Positions 6,813-15,483 of a stretch of DNA of 22,347 nucleotides are shown here, in pieces (within the stretch, counting starts at the first letter, position 1; the number at the start of each line of letters is the position of its first letter). This DNA is from an archaeon (GTDB lineage Archaea; Nanobdellota; Nanobdellia; Pacearchaeales; GW2011-AR1), in NCBI GenBank assembly GCA_043810775.1, contig JBDRNU010000005.1:1-22347 (forward strand). Direction: 5' to 3'. The notes beneath the pieces are model-generated. The model saw only the letters and a program-made list of their open reading frames with translations, was not told where the DNA came from and did not search any database. Position numbers and translations under genes: made by a program.

Positions 6813-8184
6813 TAAAAGTATGATGCTTCACTAAAATTCCAAAATCTTTTCCAGACTCCTTGCACAGCCTCATAATATACTTCCTGGCAAGATGGTCCAT
6901 ATTTTGAAAAGCCTTAAGACCAGCTAGTTGCAAGCCATGCGCAATAATAGAAGTGTCCCTCACCCTAATAACTCCAAACATTTTCTTTAAATCCTCTAGT
7001 GAATCCCCTTTAACAATAAAATCATTCATAATATGTAGCAAAATATAGCCATCTTTTAATCCAATTTCAAAAGGGCTCTCTTTTTCAAAGCCATAAATCT
7101 CTTTTGTTGCTTTTTTATACTCACTCTTAAATTTTTTTAAGTCAGGCCTTGAAGTTTCAACTCCGTTTTTTCTTAATCTATGCTGGGAAATAAGCTCCAA
7201 AACTCTGTATAGCCTGCTTACAGCATCTTCAAAAGTCCCAACTTCAGCTTTCCTCAAAGCATTTACATATAAGTCAATAATAATATGGAGATTAAATTCA
7301 TCGCTTAACTTTTCAGGATTTTTAACATCTCCACTAGATAGAATTTTTAAAACCTCAAAATTACTTTTAAGCTCAGGATTAAACTTAAGATTATACTGCT
7401 TGGCTTTTTTCAATAAAGAGTCCATCCTATGAAAAGCTGCAGGAAAATTAAAAGAATTCCAATGCAAATAACACTCAGATAAAATTTCCTCAGTCTCAAC
7501 AGTCCTGGGATCAGTAACCCTTTCCCTTAACCTTTTATAAAAAAATAAAGATGCTCCAAAATTATATCTGTTAAAAAGTTTTATTGATTCTTTTCTTTCC
7601 AAATCTCCAAAAACTTCAAACGGATTCTTGACTTGCACTAGCTTTTCAGTTCCAGGAAGGCCTCTCTTAATATCATCAACCCATCCCTCATCAATATAAA
7701 CTAAATCAAAACTAAAAAAAGCTCCAACAATCCCTGCACCAGCAGACATTATTCTCTTTCCTCTAGTTAAATCTAAAATAACTCTCTTGCCATAAAATAA
7801 GTCAAGTCTCTTCCTTATTTTCTCATAAACATCAGCTACATCCATTTCATCATAATTTAAAGTATCAATAATGTAATCTGCAGCCCTTAATCCTGTTTTT
7901 TGAATTATCCTGTCAAGAAAGTTTTCCTTAAATTCATGAGTTCCTAAAAAATAAACCTTTTTTGGCTTAATGGCTTTAATTAGTAATATATAATAACTAG
8001 ACTCAAGTCCAGCAGGAAGAACAAGCCAGTCATAATTTTCATCTAAGCTATTTTCACTAAGAAACTTCTTCTCAATTTCAGGAAAAAGTTCATCCCAGTA
8101 AAGCTCATCAGCTTCAGCTATCTTGCATACTTTTATCAAGCTAATCCACTGCTCTCTAAGAGCCTCAAGTCCCTTAATCTGCAT
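6802..8184 (-). CDS. CARF-HEPN ribonuclease, TIGR02710 / Csm6-like family, with no cas genes in window
   Basis: CARF motif ILDLTRGKRIMSAGA; NPFEVFGD..LFNRYNF; DLYVNALRKA..FEDAVSRLYRVLELISQHRL; HEPN motif RDTSIIAHG near the C-terminus. Confidence 0.82.
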   Translation of the reverse strand: MQIKGLEALREQWISLIKVCKIAEADELYWDELFPEIEKKFLSENSLDENYDWLVLPAGLESSYYILLIKAIKPKKVYFLGTHEFKENFLDRIIQKTGLRAADYIIDTLNYDEMDVADVYEKIRKRLDLFYGKRVILDLTRGKRIMSAGAGIVGAFFSFDLVYIDEGWVDDIKRGLPGTEKLVQVKNPFEVFGDLERKESIKLFNRYNFGASLFFYKRLRERVTDPRTVETEEILSECYLHWNSFNFPAAFHRMDSLLKKAKQYNLKFNPELKSNFEVLKILSSGDVKNPEKLSDEFNLHIIIDLYVNALRKAEVGTFEDAVSRLYRVLELISQHRLRKNGVETSRPDLKKFKSEYKKATKEIYGFEKESPFEIGLKDGYILLHIMNDFIVKGDSLEDLKKMFGVIRVRDTSIIAHGLQLAGLKAFQNMDHLARKYIMRLCKESGKDFGILVKHHTFIKL

Positions 8185-8220
8185 AAATTAGCATGTTTTT
8201 AAGAATTATAAAATTATCGG

Positions 8221-8661
8221 TTAAACTTTTTTATTGAATCTCTCGACTTTTTGACAATCCAAAAGGCCTGCAGTGGGAAATAAAACTTCAGAAAAAGTCT
8301 TAACTTTTGCTCCCAATAAAGTTTCTAAACTTTCAACTTCCACTAATATTAATAAACTTCTTTCAATAAAAGATTTTACTATTGCTTTCCCAGATTGAGG
8401 GGATATTTGCCCCGCATAAGCCTCTAAATCCTCTTTATCAACACCCACAAACTCTCCTCTAATCCTAGATATCATTAAAAATCTATATGCAAATTCTTCA
8501 GATCCAGACGAGTCTAAACTTGATGGAACAGGTTTGTTAGGACAAGTTTCTATATCGTATTGTGCACTAAGTCCTCTAGAATTCTTATCAGTATAAGTTA
8601 CTCGAAAAAAACAACTAGCTTTTGGTTCCATATTAGTTAAATATAATTTTTCTTCTACCAT
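8221..8661 (-). CDS. Hypothetical protein
   Basis: Open frame directly downstream of radA; ATG at 8661 follows the radA stop (ORF track start 8682 overlaps radA). Confidence 0.6.
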   Translation of the reverse strand: MVEEKLYLTNMEPKASCFFRVTYTDKNSRGLSAQYDIETCPNKPVPSSLDSSGSEEFAYRFLMISRIRGEFVGVDKEDLEAYAGQISPQSGKAIVKSFIERSLLILVEVESLETLLGAKVKTFSEVLFPTAGLLDCQKVERFNKKV

Positions 8662-8662
8662 T

Positions 8663-9670
8663 TTAAACCTTGGGCTCGTCATCCTGCAGTCCGCCCTTAG
8701 TTACAAAGAAAACAGTTTCATTATCTGGCAGGTTAGGGCTGTCAATTAGCTTAGCTACTCTCGAGCCTTTTTTGCCTCTTCTTAGATAAATTCTGTAAGT
8801 AGAAGCATGCCCTACAATATTCCCTCCAATCGCAGTAGTGGGATCTCCAAACATCATTGCAGGATTAGACATAACCTGATTAGTCACATATACTGCAAGA
8901 TTATGCTGTTCTGCAAGTTTCATTAAATTATGCAAATATCTGTTCAGCCTCTGCTGCCTGTCAGCTAGCTGTCCTCTTCCAGAAAACTCAGCTCTAAAAT
9001 GTGCAGTCAAGCTGTCCACTATTACAAGTTTTATATTCTCACCTTTTTTAATCATCTCCCCAACCTTATCCACTAATAATATCTGATGATCAGAATTAAA
9101 AGCCCTCGCTACAAAAATATTTTTTAAGATTTTTTCAGAATTAGCTCCAATTGCCTCAGCCATATTCTTGATTCTTTCTGGCCTGAAAGTTCCTTCAGTA
9201 TCAATATATACTGCCTTCCCATTAGCCCCACCCTTATCAAATGGGAGCTGGACATTCACAGCTAGTTGCAATCCTAGCTGTGTTTTTCCGCTACCATAAG
9301 CACCAAAGGTTTCAGTAATAGCCTTGGTTTCAATACCTCTTCCTCCCAGAAGCGCATCTATATTCTTGCTTCCAGCAGTAATATTATTTACCTCTTCTCT
9401 TTTTTTGGCATATTCAAGTCCATCTTGAAATCCAAGATCCATCATTTTCCTGGCTGCCTGAATAGCCTTTCTAGCAACTGCTTCTCCTAGTCCTGCTAGT
9501 TCAGATAAGTCAGATGGCCCCATTACTGCTAGACCCATTAAATCATAAACTCCTGCATCTTCAAGCTTCTTAGCCACAGTTGGCCCTATTCCTGGTAAGT
9601 CAGTTAGTTTAGGCTCAGCTTTTTCCTCTTTTTCAGTTTTTTCGTCTTTTTCATCCTTTCCCTTAGTCAT
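8663..9670 (-). CDS. radA: DNA repair and recombination protein RadA
   Basis: N-terminal HhH (LTDLPGIGPTVAKKL), Walker A GAYGSGKTQ, YIDTEGTFRPER, LVIVDSLTAHFRAE, VTNQV, GGNIVGHASTYR; likely ATG start 9670. Confidence 0.97.
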   Translation of the reverse strand: MTKGKDEKDEKTEKEEKAEPKLTDLPGIGPTVAKKLEDAGVYDLMGLAVMGPSDLSELAGLGEAVARKAIQAARKMMDLGFQDGLEYAKKREEVNNITAGSKNIDALLGGRGIETKAITETFGAYGSGKTQLGLQLAVNVQLPFDKGGANGKAVYIDTEGTFRPERIKNMAEAIGANSEKILKNIFVARAFNSDHQILLVDKVGEMIKKGENIKLVIVDSLTAHFRAEFSGRGQLADRQQRLNRYLHNLMKLAEQHNLAVYVTNQVMSNPAMMFGDPTTAIGGNIVGHASTYRIYLRRGKKGSRVAKLIDSPNLPDNETVFFVTKGGLQDDEPKV

Positions 9671-9746
9671 TTCATCAAATACCCTCAATTCTTTATAAAG
9701 ATTTATTCAATTGTAGTATAGATATTAGAGAATATATAAGATAAGA

Positions 9747-10661
9747 TTAAGCTTTTTCCAAGATAATAATCTTATCCTTAGTGTTATAATTTAACCCCTT
9801 TATATTGCGCTGGATTATTTTAAACTCTTTTCTTGCTTTCATCCTATTCACATTATAATTTTTTGAAATAGGGGGTATTTTACTTGCAATATTATTAGGA
9901 TAATCAGCCGGCGAATAGCCATAATAAAATATCTTGCCATTTTTACTTAATCTCTTTCTCAATTCTAGGAAAATATTATCATATACCCACATAACCCTAT
10001 CTCTTGTCTGCTCTTTAAAGAATTTTCCAGTAAAATAATTAGGGACATTTGAAAGATTAATAATATCAAATTTTTCTTTTGCAACTCTCCTGTTTTTAGC
10101 TATATTTTTCAAATCCTCACAAATAAATTCAAGCCTGATTTTTCTTGCAATTACCTCCATCTTATTATAAGCCCCTATGTTTTTTATGTAAGAATTAATT
10201 GCAGTTTTCGAAACACTTTTAAAATAATCTCTCTGTCTGAAATACCTAGATCTTGCCAGCTTCTTGCCATCTAAATTAAATTCTCCATATAGTTTGTCAA
10301 AAAAATTCTTAGTTTTCCTATCTAGCTTATTTCTTAATTTAACATAAATATTGTAATCAAACCCCTGATTTACCTTGCTCTCTCCAAAAAACTTCAGGAA
10401 ATCCTTATAATCAAGCTCACTTAAAGCAGCAATCTTCAGTTTTGTTATAAGCTTACATCTTTTATTTAAATCAAAACCAATTACTTTACTTGCACCAAAA
10501 AAATAAGCATTTAACACCTGGTCCCCAGAACCACAGACAGTTAAAACCTTTTTATTTTTTAGTCCAAGCATGGGATAATAACTGCTTATCATCTCAGTAG
10601 CATAAACATACATTGGAGCAGATTCAGACATTGGCTCTTCCTTAATTTTCTTTCCTTTCAT
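9747..10661 (-). CDS. DUF3419 / BtaA-like SAM-dependent transferase
   Basis: TE motif, VLTVCGSGDQVLNA, GFDLN..LKIAA, FDIINLSNV match DUF3419-type proteins; likely ATG 10661. Confidence 0.65.
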   Translation of the reverse strand: MKGKKIKEEPMSESAPMYVYATEMISSYYPMLGLKNKKVLTVCGSGDQVLNAYFFGASKVIGFDLNKRCKLITKLKIAALSELDYKDFLKFFGESKVNQGFDYNIYVKLRNKLDRKTKNFFDKLYGEFNLDGKKLARSRYFRQRDYFKSVSKTAINSYIKNIGAYNKMEVIARKIRLEFICEDLKNIAKNRRVAKEKFDIINLSNVPNYFTGKFFKEQTRDRVMWVYDNIFLELRKRLSKNGKIFYYGYSPADYPNNIASKIPPISKNYNVNRMKARKEFKIIQRNIKGLNYNTKDKIIILEKA

Positions 10662-10662
10662 T

Positions 10663-11118
10663 TTAAACAAAAATTAAAATAAAAAATAGCAAGTCAAAAA
10701 AAACTAAAAATACAAACAAGCTAGTCTCAGTGACAGTTCCTGTTTTGAAATGCCAGTGGCTTCTTTTTTCATAAGGCCAAAAAGGCTGAACTCCCTCAAC
10801 CGTAAACGCATCAGCAAAAATATGTAGGCCATATCCTAGGAAAAAAGCCAGGCTTACTGAAGGAAGGAAAAAAGCCAGCAATATTGAGATAAAAAAAGCT
10901 ATAGTCAGGCTATGAAAAACCCCCCTATGCTTGCTTATATACTTAAAAAATCCAAAACCTTTTTTATGGCTTATAGTACTAGCTCCAGAATCAACATCAG
11001 GCAGTAAGGTAGCAAATAATACAACTGCTATGAATATCCAATCATTCACATTCTGAATATGTGGCAATAGCAGTAAAATAAAAAATACGCTTATTGCCAA
11101 ATGTGTTCTTAATAGCAT
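10663..11118 (-). CDS. Membrane-bound metal-dependent hydrolase (YdjM/DUF457 family)
   Basis: RTH, LLPDVD, HRGVFHS, HIFADAFT..GVQPFWP motifs. Confidence 0.88.
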   Translation of the reverse strand: MLLRTHLAISVFFILLLLPHIQNVNDWIFIAVVLFATLLPDVDSGASTISHKKGFGFFKYISKHRGVFHSLTIAFFISILLAFFLPSVSLAFFLGYGLHIFADAFTVEGVQPFWPYEKRSHWHFKTGTVTETSLFVFLVFFDLLFFILIFV

Positions 11119-11121
11119 CTT

Positions 11122-11976
11122 TTATTTTCTCCTAGCTAAGTATTGGATAAATAGGTTTTTATTCTTTTTCTTTTCTTGGAAATCATAATATATTTTCTCA
11201 ATAACAAAATCCTTGCTTAAAATTTCCACCATATCTTTCTGGTAAATAGGATATAAATCTAATTTACTCCATTTCTTTGCTTCTTTGTCATAGTAATGCA
11301 AAACAATAACAGTATCACTAATATAAGCTGGAAAAACAAGGACCTTATTCTGAAAGCCATGATAATACACTGTATAATCAAAAGTAAAATTATCAAATAT
11401 TTTTTCTTTTGGCAAATTCATTAGCGAGCGAATGTAATCATAATCTCTTGAATCAATAAATAAATATCCTCCTTTTTTGATTAACTGGGCAAACTTGCTG
11501 ACAATACTCTGCTGGGCATTTTTAGTATATTCTCTAGTTCCTCCACCAATATAAGTTAATGAATTTCCTGTTAAAAACCCAAAATCAAACAAGTGAGTAT
11601 ATTCAGGATTGGCTTTTGGTAAATCTAGCCAATTTGATTTATGGATAATTACTTCCTGTTTTTTCTTCTTAAAAAGTTCGCTTGCTTGTTGAATAAAATT
11701 CTCGTCAACCTCATTTGCTTCAGCACCCTGTAAAGGATATTTTTCTTTTCTAAGAAATTCTATAATTCCGCTTAATTCAGTGCCTCCACCCACCCCAAAA
11801 TCAATTACACTTTTTAACTTGTTTTTCCTTATAAGATTAGTAAAAAATTCAGTTTCTTCTTTCTTAGCTCCACCCTTAAATTTAGGATAAATTTCCTTTT
11901 CCCAGCTAACAAACTTAAAATTAGAAAATTCTTCAATAGGATTACTAATATAAGGTAAAGTATTCACAAAAACCAT
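11122..11976 (-). CDS. Class I SAM methyltransferase, glycine/sarcosine N-methyltransferase-like
   Basis: VIDFGVGGG motif I; SNWLDL, GNSLTYI, GGYLFIDSRDYDYI, YYHG, YYDFQE parallel GSMT/GNMT motifs; GAGGTG RBS then ATG at 11976. Confidence 0.72.
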   Translation of the reverse strand: MVFVNTLPYISNPIEEFSNFKFVSWEKEIYPKFKGGAKKEETEFFTNLIRKNKLKSVIDFGVGGGTELSGIIEFLRKEKYPLQGAEANEVDENFIQQASELFKKKKQEVIIHKSNWLDLPKANPEYTHLFDFGFLTGNSLTYIGGGTREYTKNAQQSIVSKFAQLIKKGGYLFIDSRDYDYIRSLMNLPKEKIFDNFTFDYTVYYHGFQNKVLVFPAYISDTVIVLHYYDKEAKKWSKLDLYPIYQKDMVEILSKDFVIEKIYYDFQEKKKNKNLFIQYLARRK

Positions 11977-11978
11977 TT

Positions 11979-12920
11979 TCACCTCTTGTTTTCTAAAGCC
12001 TCAATAAGCTTCTCAATATCAAGGTCTTCTATCTTATCTATAAATAATTCCTTAGTATTAAAAAGTTTGTTTTGCCTCAAACTTCCAGAAAACATTGCCT
12101 CTTTTCCAAGCATAATCTCCTTTTCCCTTAAAAAACCCTCTCCTTCTAGCTCCTTAAATCCAAGTTGATTAATCTGCTCAGAGAATAATACTGCCCTGAT
12201 ATTCTCAGTGCCATCATCTAAAACTAAGGTTATCAAAACTCTTCTTTCAGGAACCACCTTTCCGTGCGCCTCGCAGGTATATCCATCTTGCACTGGTGTA
12301 GCTTTTTTACTGCACTCAGGGCATACATAAAAAAACCTTGGCTCAAAAATCTGCATAATTACAGCTCTTGATTTCATAGACTCACCAATCTTAACTTCAT
12401 CTAATTTTCTCTCAAAAAAAGACCTCTCAGTCTTTACATTGTCTAATTTTTCAGAGCTTAATTTAATGTCAGAAAATCCAGTCAGGTGAATCTCATTATT
12501 TCTCAGGCTTGCATTTGAAACATCAATAATATTATCTTTTTTTATGCTTCCGTCTTCAATTAGTTTAATATGGTTAGTATCCCATAAAACTACTTTTACA
12601 TTCGCAGTTTCATCAGCAAGAATAAAGCTTCCTATCTTTCCTTCACGTTCACCCTTCTTATACTCTCTTACAGGAAACATCTGGATTATCTTTCCAGTCA
12701 GGTTAATTTTTCTCATTCCAGGCATAATCTCATTAATCTTGACTTTCTGCTTGTCAAAATTTATTCCCAGCTCAGCTGAAATAATCTGAATAGCTCCCTC
12801 TTTGCTTATTAATCCAGAAAGCTTGGCTCTCTTAGCTTCCACTCTCCTGTCAATCTCCTCCCTTCCTAATCCGCTAGCTTTCATAATTCTGTCAACTAGC
12901 GTCTCATAATCCTGAATCAT
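11979..12920 (-). CDS. rpa: Replication protein A (OB-fold ssDNA-binding, Zn finger)
   Basis: N-terminal LSGLISKEGAIQIISAELG, OB fold (LADETANVKVVLWD), CPECSKK..CEAHG zinc finger, LDDGTENIRAVLF. Confidence 0.88.
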   Translation of the reverse strand: MIQDYETLVDRIMKASGLGREEIDRRVEAKRAKLSGLISKEGAIQIISAELGINFDKQKVKINEIMPGMRKINLTGKIIQMFPVREYKKGEREGKIGSFILADETANVKVVLWDTNHIKLIEDGSIKKDNIIDVSNASLRNNEIHLTGFSDIKLSSEKLDNVKTERSFFERKLDEVKIGESMKSRAVIMQIFEPRFFYVCPECSKKATPVQDGYTCEAHGKVVPERRVLITLVLDDGTENIRAVLFSEQINQLGFKELEGEGFLREKEIMLGKEAMFSGSLRQNKLFNTKELFIDKIEDLDIEKLIEALENKR

Positions 12921-13056
12921 TTTAAATCTCTCTTGAGTTTAAGAGGTAGAAAATTTTTAATTTTCTTCATTTTACTGCAAACCTAACTTAGTTTAAAAGG
13001 ATTGTTGTGAATAAGGACATAATTAAATTTATAAACCGCTTTTCTCTCGCCTTATT

Positions 13057-13248
13057 ATGACTAATTTATATATGGAAAATAATTGGGTGGATAAATATAT
13101 AATTAATCCTGCATTATATACAGCAGTTATTGTCAGCCTTGCAGTAATGCTATCAAAAGGTATTGAGTCTTTGTCAGATTTTTCAAAAATAGAACGCAAC
13201 TCAAGACAGTCAGAATCAAAAATAAATTTAATAATAGATAATAAATAA
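13057..13248 (+). CDS. Small hypothetical single-TM protein
   Basis: 63 aa, one hydrophobic helix; TTTATAAA box near 13028; stop 1 bp before EF-1beta start. Confidence 0.55.
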   Translation: MTNLYMENNWVDKYIINPALYTAVIVSLAVMLSKGIESLSDFSKIERNSRQSESKINLIIDNK

Positions 13249-13249
13249 A

Positions 13250-13522
13250 ATGAGTTTCGTAGCAGTTAAAGTTAAAATAATGCCCTCTTCACCAGATATA
13301 GATTTAGAAGAAATCAAATCTAAAATTACTGAAAAAATTGAAGCAGAAGAAGGCAAAATAAATAATATTGAAGAAGAGCCTATAGCTTTTGGTTTAAAGG
13401 CAGTTATAGTTACTCTTGCATGGTTAGAGACAAAAGAAAGCTCAATCCTAGAAGACTCTCTTTCTTCAATAGAAAATGTAAGCTCAGTCCAGATTATTGA
13501 CTATAGACGAGCTTTCGGATAA
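13250..13522 (+). CDS. ef1b: Translation elongation factor aEF-1beta
   Basis: KIMPSSPDIDL, EEEPIAFGLKA, IENVSSVQI signatures; 90 aa. Confidence 0.95.
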   Translation: MSFVAVKVKIMPSSPDIDLEEIKSKITEKIEAEEGKINNIEEEPIAFGLKAVIVTLAWLETKESSILEDSLSSIENVSSVQIIDYRRAFG

Positions 13523-13523
13523 A

Positions 13524-14126
13524 ATGTTGAGTAAAGAACAAGCAGATAATATAAAAAAAGAACTCTTAAATCAGCTTGAGTCATTTCCTGCTGAGCAGAG
13601 AGAAACTGTAAAAGCCCAGATTGAAGCAATGAATCCTGAACAGCTTGAGCAGTTTCTCATTCAAAATAAGTTGATAAAAGATGGTGAAAATGGGAAATGC
13701 ATTTTCTGTGAAATTACAGGAGGAAGTGTCCCAAGCTTCAAAATAGATGAAAATGCTGAATCTATTGCAGTTCTTGAGCTGAATCCTCTTTCAAAAGGCC
13801 ATATTATAATAATCCCAAAAAAACATTTGGCTAAAAACGAGATTCCAAAATCATCCTATGAACTAGCTGACTCACTTTCAGAAAAATTAAAGAAAAAGTT
13901 TAATTCTGAAAAAGTTGAAATTTCTGAATCAGAATTCCTGGGCCACGGGATACTTAATATTATTCCTAGCTACTCTGGAGCTAAGCTTGAGAAAAAGCAG
14001 GCTTCTAAAGAAGAGCTAGAATCACTTCAAAAAGAGCTTCTTGCAGAAGAAGCTTCAGAAAAACAAGAGATTATTGAAGAACCAGAAGAGAAAGTAATTT
14101 ATCGGGCTCCAAGAAGAATTCCTTAA
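13524..14126 (+). CDS. HIT-family protein with degenerate histidine triad
   Basis: CIFC, LELNPLSKGHIIIIPKKH; triad position reads HGILNIIP; likely ATG 13524. Confidence 0.8.
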   Translation: MLSKEQADNIKKELLNQLESFPAEQRETVKAQIEAMNPEQLEQFLIQNKLIKDGENGKCIFCEITGGSVPSFKIDENAESIAVLELNPLSKGHIIIIPKKHLAKNEIPKSSYELADSLSEKLKKKFNSEKVEISESEFLGHGILNIIPSYSGAKLEKKQASKEELESLQKELLAEEASEKQEIIEEPEEKVIYRAPRRIP

Positions 14127-14968
14127 AATAAGCCAAATACTTCAAAAAATCCGCCATAATAAAACCAAGCTACTACTAGTATTATAAAGGCAATTAAAAA
14201 TGCAGGTACAAAGGGAATTCCCTCTTTAACATATATACTTTTTCTTGACTTCTTTAGGATTTTTAAATCTCTGATTGTAAGCCCCTGCCAGTTAGGTTTT
14301 ATTAAGTTTATTCCAATTCTGACTTCCTTGTAAAGCCAGTCTCCCTCAACTAACTTGCTGGGCTTTACTTTCTTAACCATACAGCTCTCTTCAATTGACC
14401 TTGCATAAGTATAAAGAAAAGGAAAAATAAAAATTAAGACTCCTAAAAATAATATAAATTTTTCACTAAAATATGAAGCTGTAATCAGAATAATTATAAA
14501 AACAACTAAAGCAAAAATAAAAGCAAACTTATTTTTAATAAACTGTACTTTAAACTCTTTTGCAAATTTCTTTCTAAATTTGAAAGTTAGCACAAAACTA
14601 TATAGTAATCCATATACACTGCCAGCTAGCAATAATAAGAAAACAAATACTAAAAATATGCTTAAATTAATTGCAAACGAGCTTGAAAAAGGCAGTACAG
14701 GACCTAAAGCAATTAATAATTTAGCGTCACCGCCTGCAAAAATCTTTCCATAATAGAAAATATAACCTAGGGCAAAAAATATGGCAAATCCTATTAACCC
14801 CTGCACTAGAAATGAGGCATCAGCCTCAATCAGGCTTTTCATTACACGATAGGATAATGCTACAGCTACTAGTGAAAAGTTGAGCCAATTAGGAACCTCT
14901 CGCTTTCTTACATCGCTAATACTCGCAGCTACTATCCATATAGCTGCCAATATAATCAGAAAAATCAT
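14123..14968 (-). CDS. Prepilin/class III signal peptidase (A24, PibD/FlaK/EppA-like)
   Basis: SDVRKREVPN, GGDAKL catalytic Asp motifs, LVEGDW, EGIPFVPAF; multi-TM. Confidence 0.92.
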   Translation of the reverse strand: MIFLIILAAIWIVAASISDVRKREVPNWLNFSLVAVALSYRVMKSLIEADASFLVQGLIGFAIFFALGYIFYYGKIFAGGDAKLLIALGPVLPFSSSFAINLSIFLVFVFLLLLAGSVYGLLYSFVLTFKFRKKFAKEFKVQFIKNKFAFIFALVVFIIILITASYFSEKFILFLGVLIFIFPFLYTYARSIEESCMVKKVKPSKLVEGDWLYKEVRIGINLIKPNWQGLTIRDLKILKKSRKSIYVKEGIPFVPAFLIAFIILVVAWFYYGGFFEVFGLF

Positions 14969-15090
14969 TTTTCTTCCTTTTTTTCTATTTCTTGGCTTCT
15001 AAATTTTCCGCCTTTCTTGTAAACTCTATAAAGGCGCTTTTTCTTTTTGTCTCGTTTTGTTTTTCTTCTCTCAGGAAATCCATAATCCAT
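14965..15090 (-). CDS. Small basic protein, 41 aa (not in ORF track)
   Basis: MDYGFPERRKTKRDKKKKRLYRVYKKGGKFRSQEIEKKEEK; starts 1 bp after upstream stop and ends in ATGA overlap with the peptidase start. Confidence 0.7.
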   Translation of the reverse strand: MDYGFPERRKTKRDKKKKRLYRVYKKGGKFRSQEIEKKEEK

Positions 15091-15091
15091 T

Positions 15092-15406
15092 TTAGCAAGT
15101 AATACTATCACATTTAACATCAATTATCTCACTTCTACAAGTTACATTTACAAATCCATCTACCTCTCTAAGCCTTTCACAAAAATCATACTTTAATCCA
15201 GAATCACAAGCAGCCTTGCATGCAGAAATTGTAACTTGAGTATCAGAAGGTGAAGTCTCTTCCAAGTTTCCAGAAAATCTTTCAAATCCCCCTGTAAAAA
15301 ATAAAACTAGTGCAATTAGTACAAATATTCCTAGAATAATTATAACTAGAGTTGATATTGCAATTTCCATACCTCTCGAGCTGATTCGCGAGACATTCTT
15401 TTTCAT
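15092..15406 (-). CDS. Class III signal peptide (pilin-like) Cys-rich protein
   Basis: SRG/MEIAISTLVIIILGIFVLIALV; CKAAC..YDFC; AGAGGT RBS. Confidence 0.8.
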   Translation of the reverse strand: MKKNVSRISSRGMEIAISTLVIIILGIFVLIALVLFFTGGFERFSGNLEETSPSDTQVTISACKAACDSGLKYDFCERLREVDGFVNVTCRSEIIDVKCDSITC

Positions 15407-15420
15407 TTTACCTCTTTTTC

Positions 15421-15446
15421 AATAGCGAGCGGGTCAGCGAGCTATT
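15421..15446. repeat. Small GC-rich palindrome (AATAGC-GAGCGGGTCAGCGA-GCTATT)
   Basis: 6-bp inverted repeat around a GARYG..AGYGA core also seen at 1153-1179 and 1260-1279. Confidence 0.55.
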
Positions 15447-15483
15447 TATCATAACTAAATTAAGAATTAAGAGTTTTTAAAGT

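Noticed and set aside
1150-8184. Provirus or large integrated element after the tRNA
   Set aside because: No integrase, capsid, terminase or distal att copy seen; the only duplication is 139 bp away
11986-12789. Plus-strand ORFs 11986-12168 and 12544-12789
   Set aside because: Antisense to rpa
14985-15083. Alternative 32-aa frame MDFLREEKQNETKRK..
   Set aside because: Lacks the two-sided translational coupling shown by the 41-aa frame
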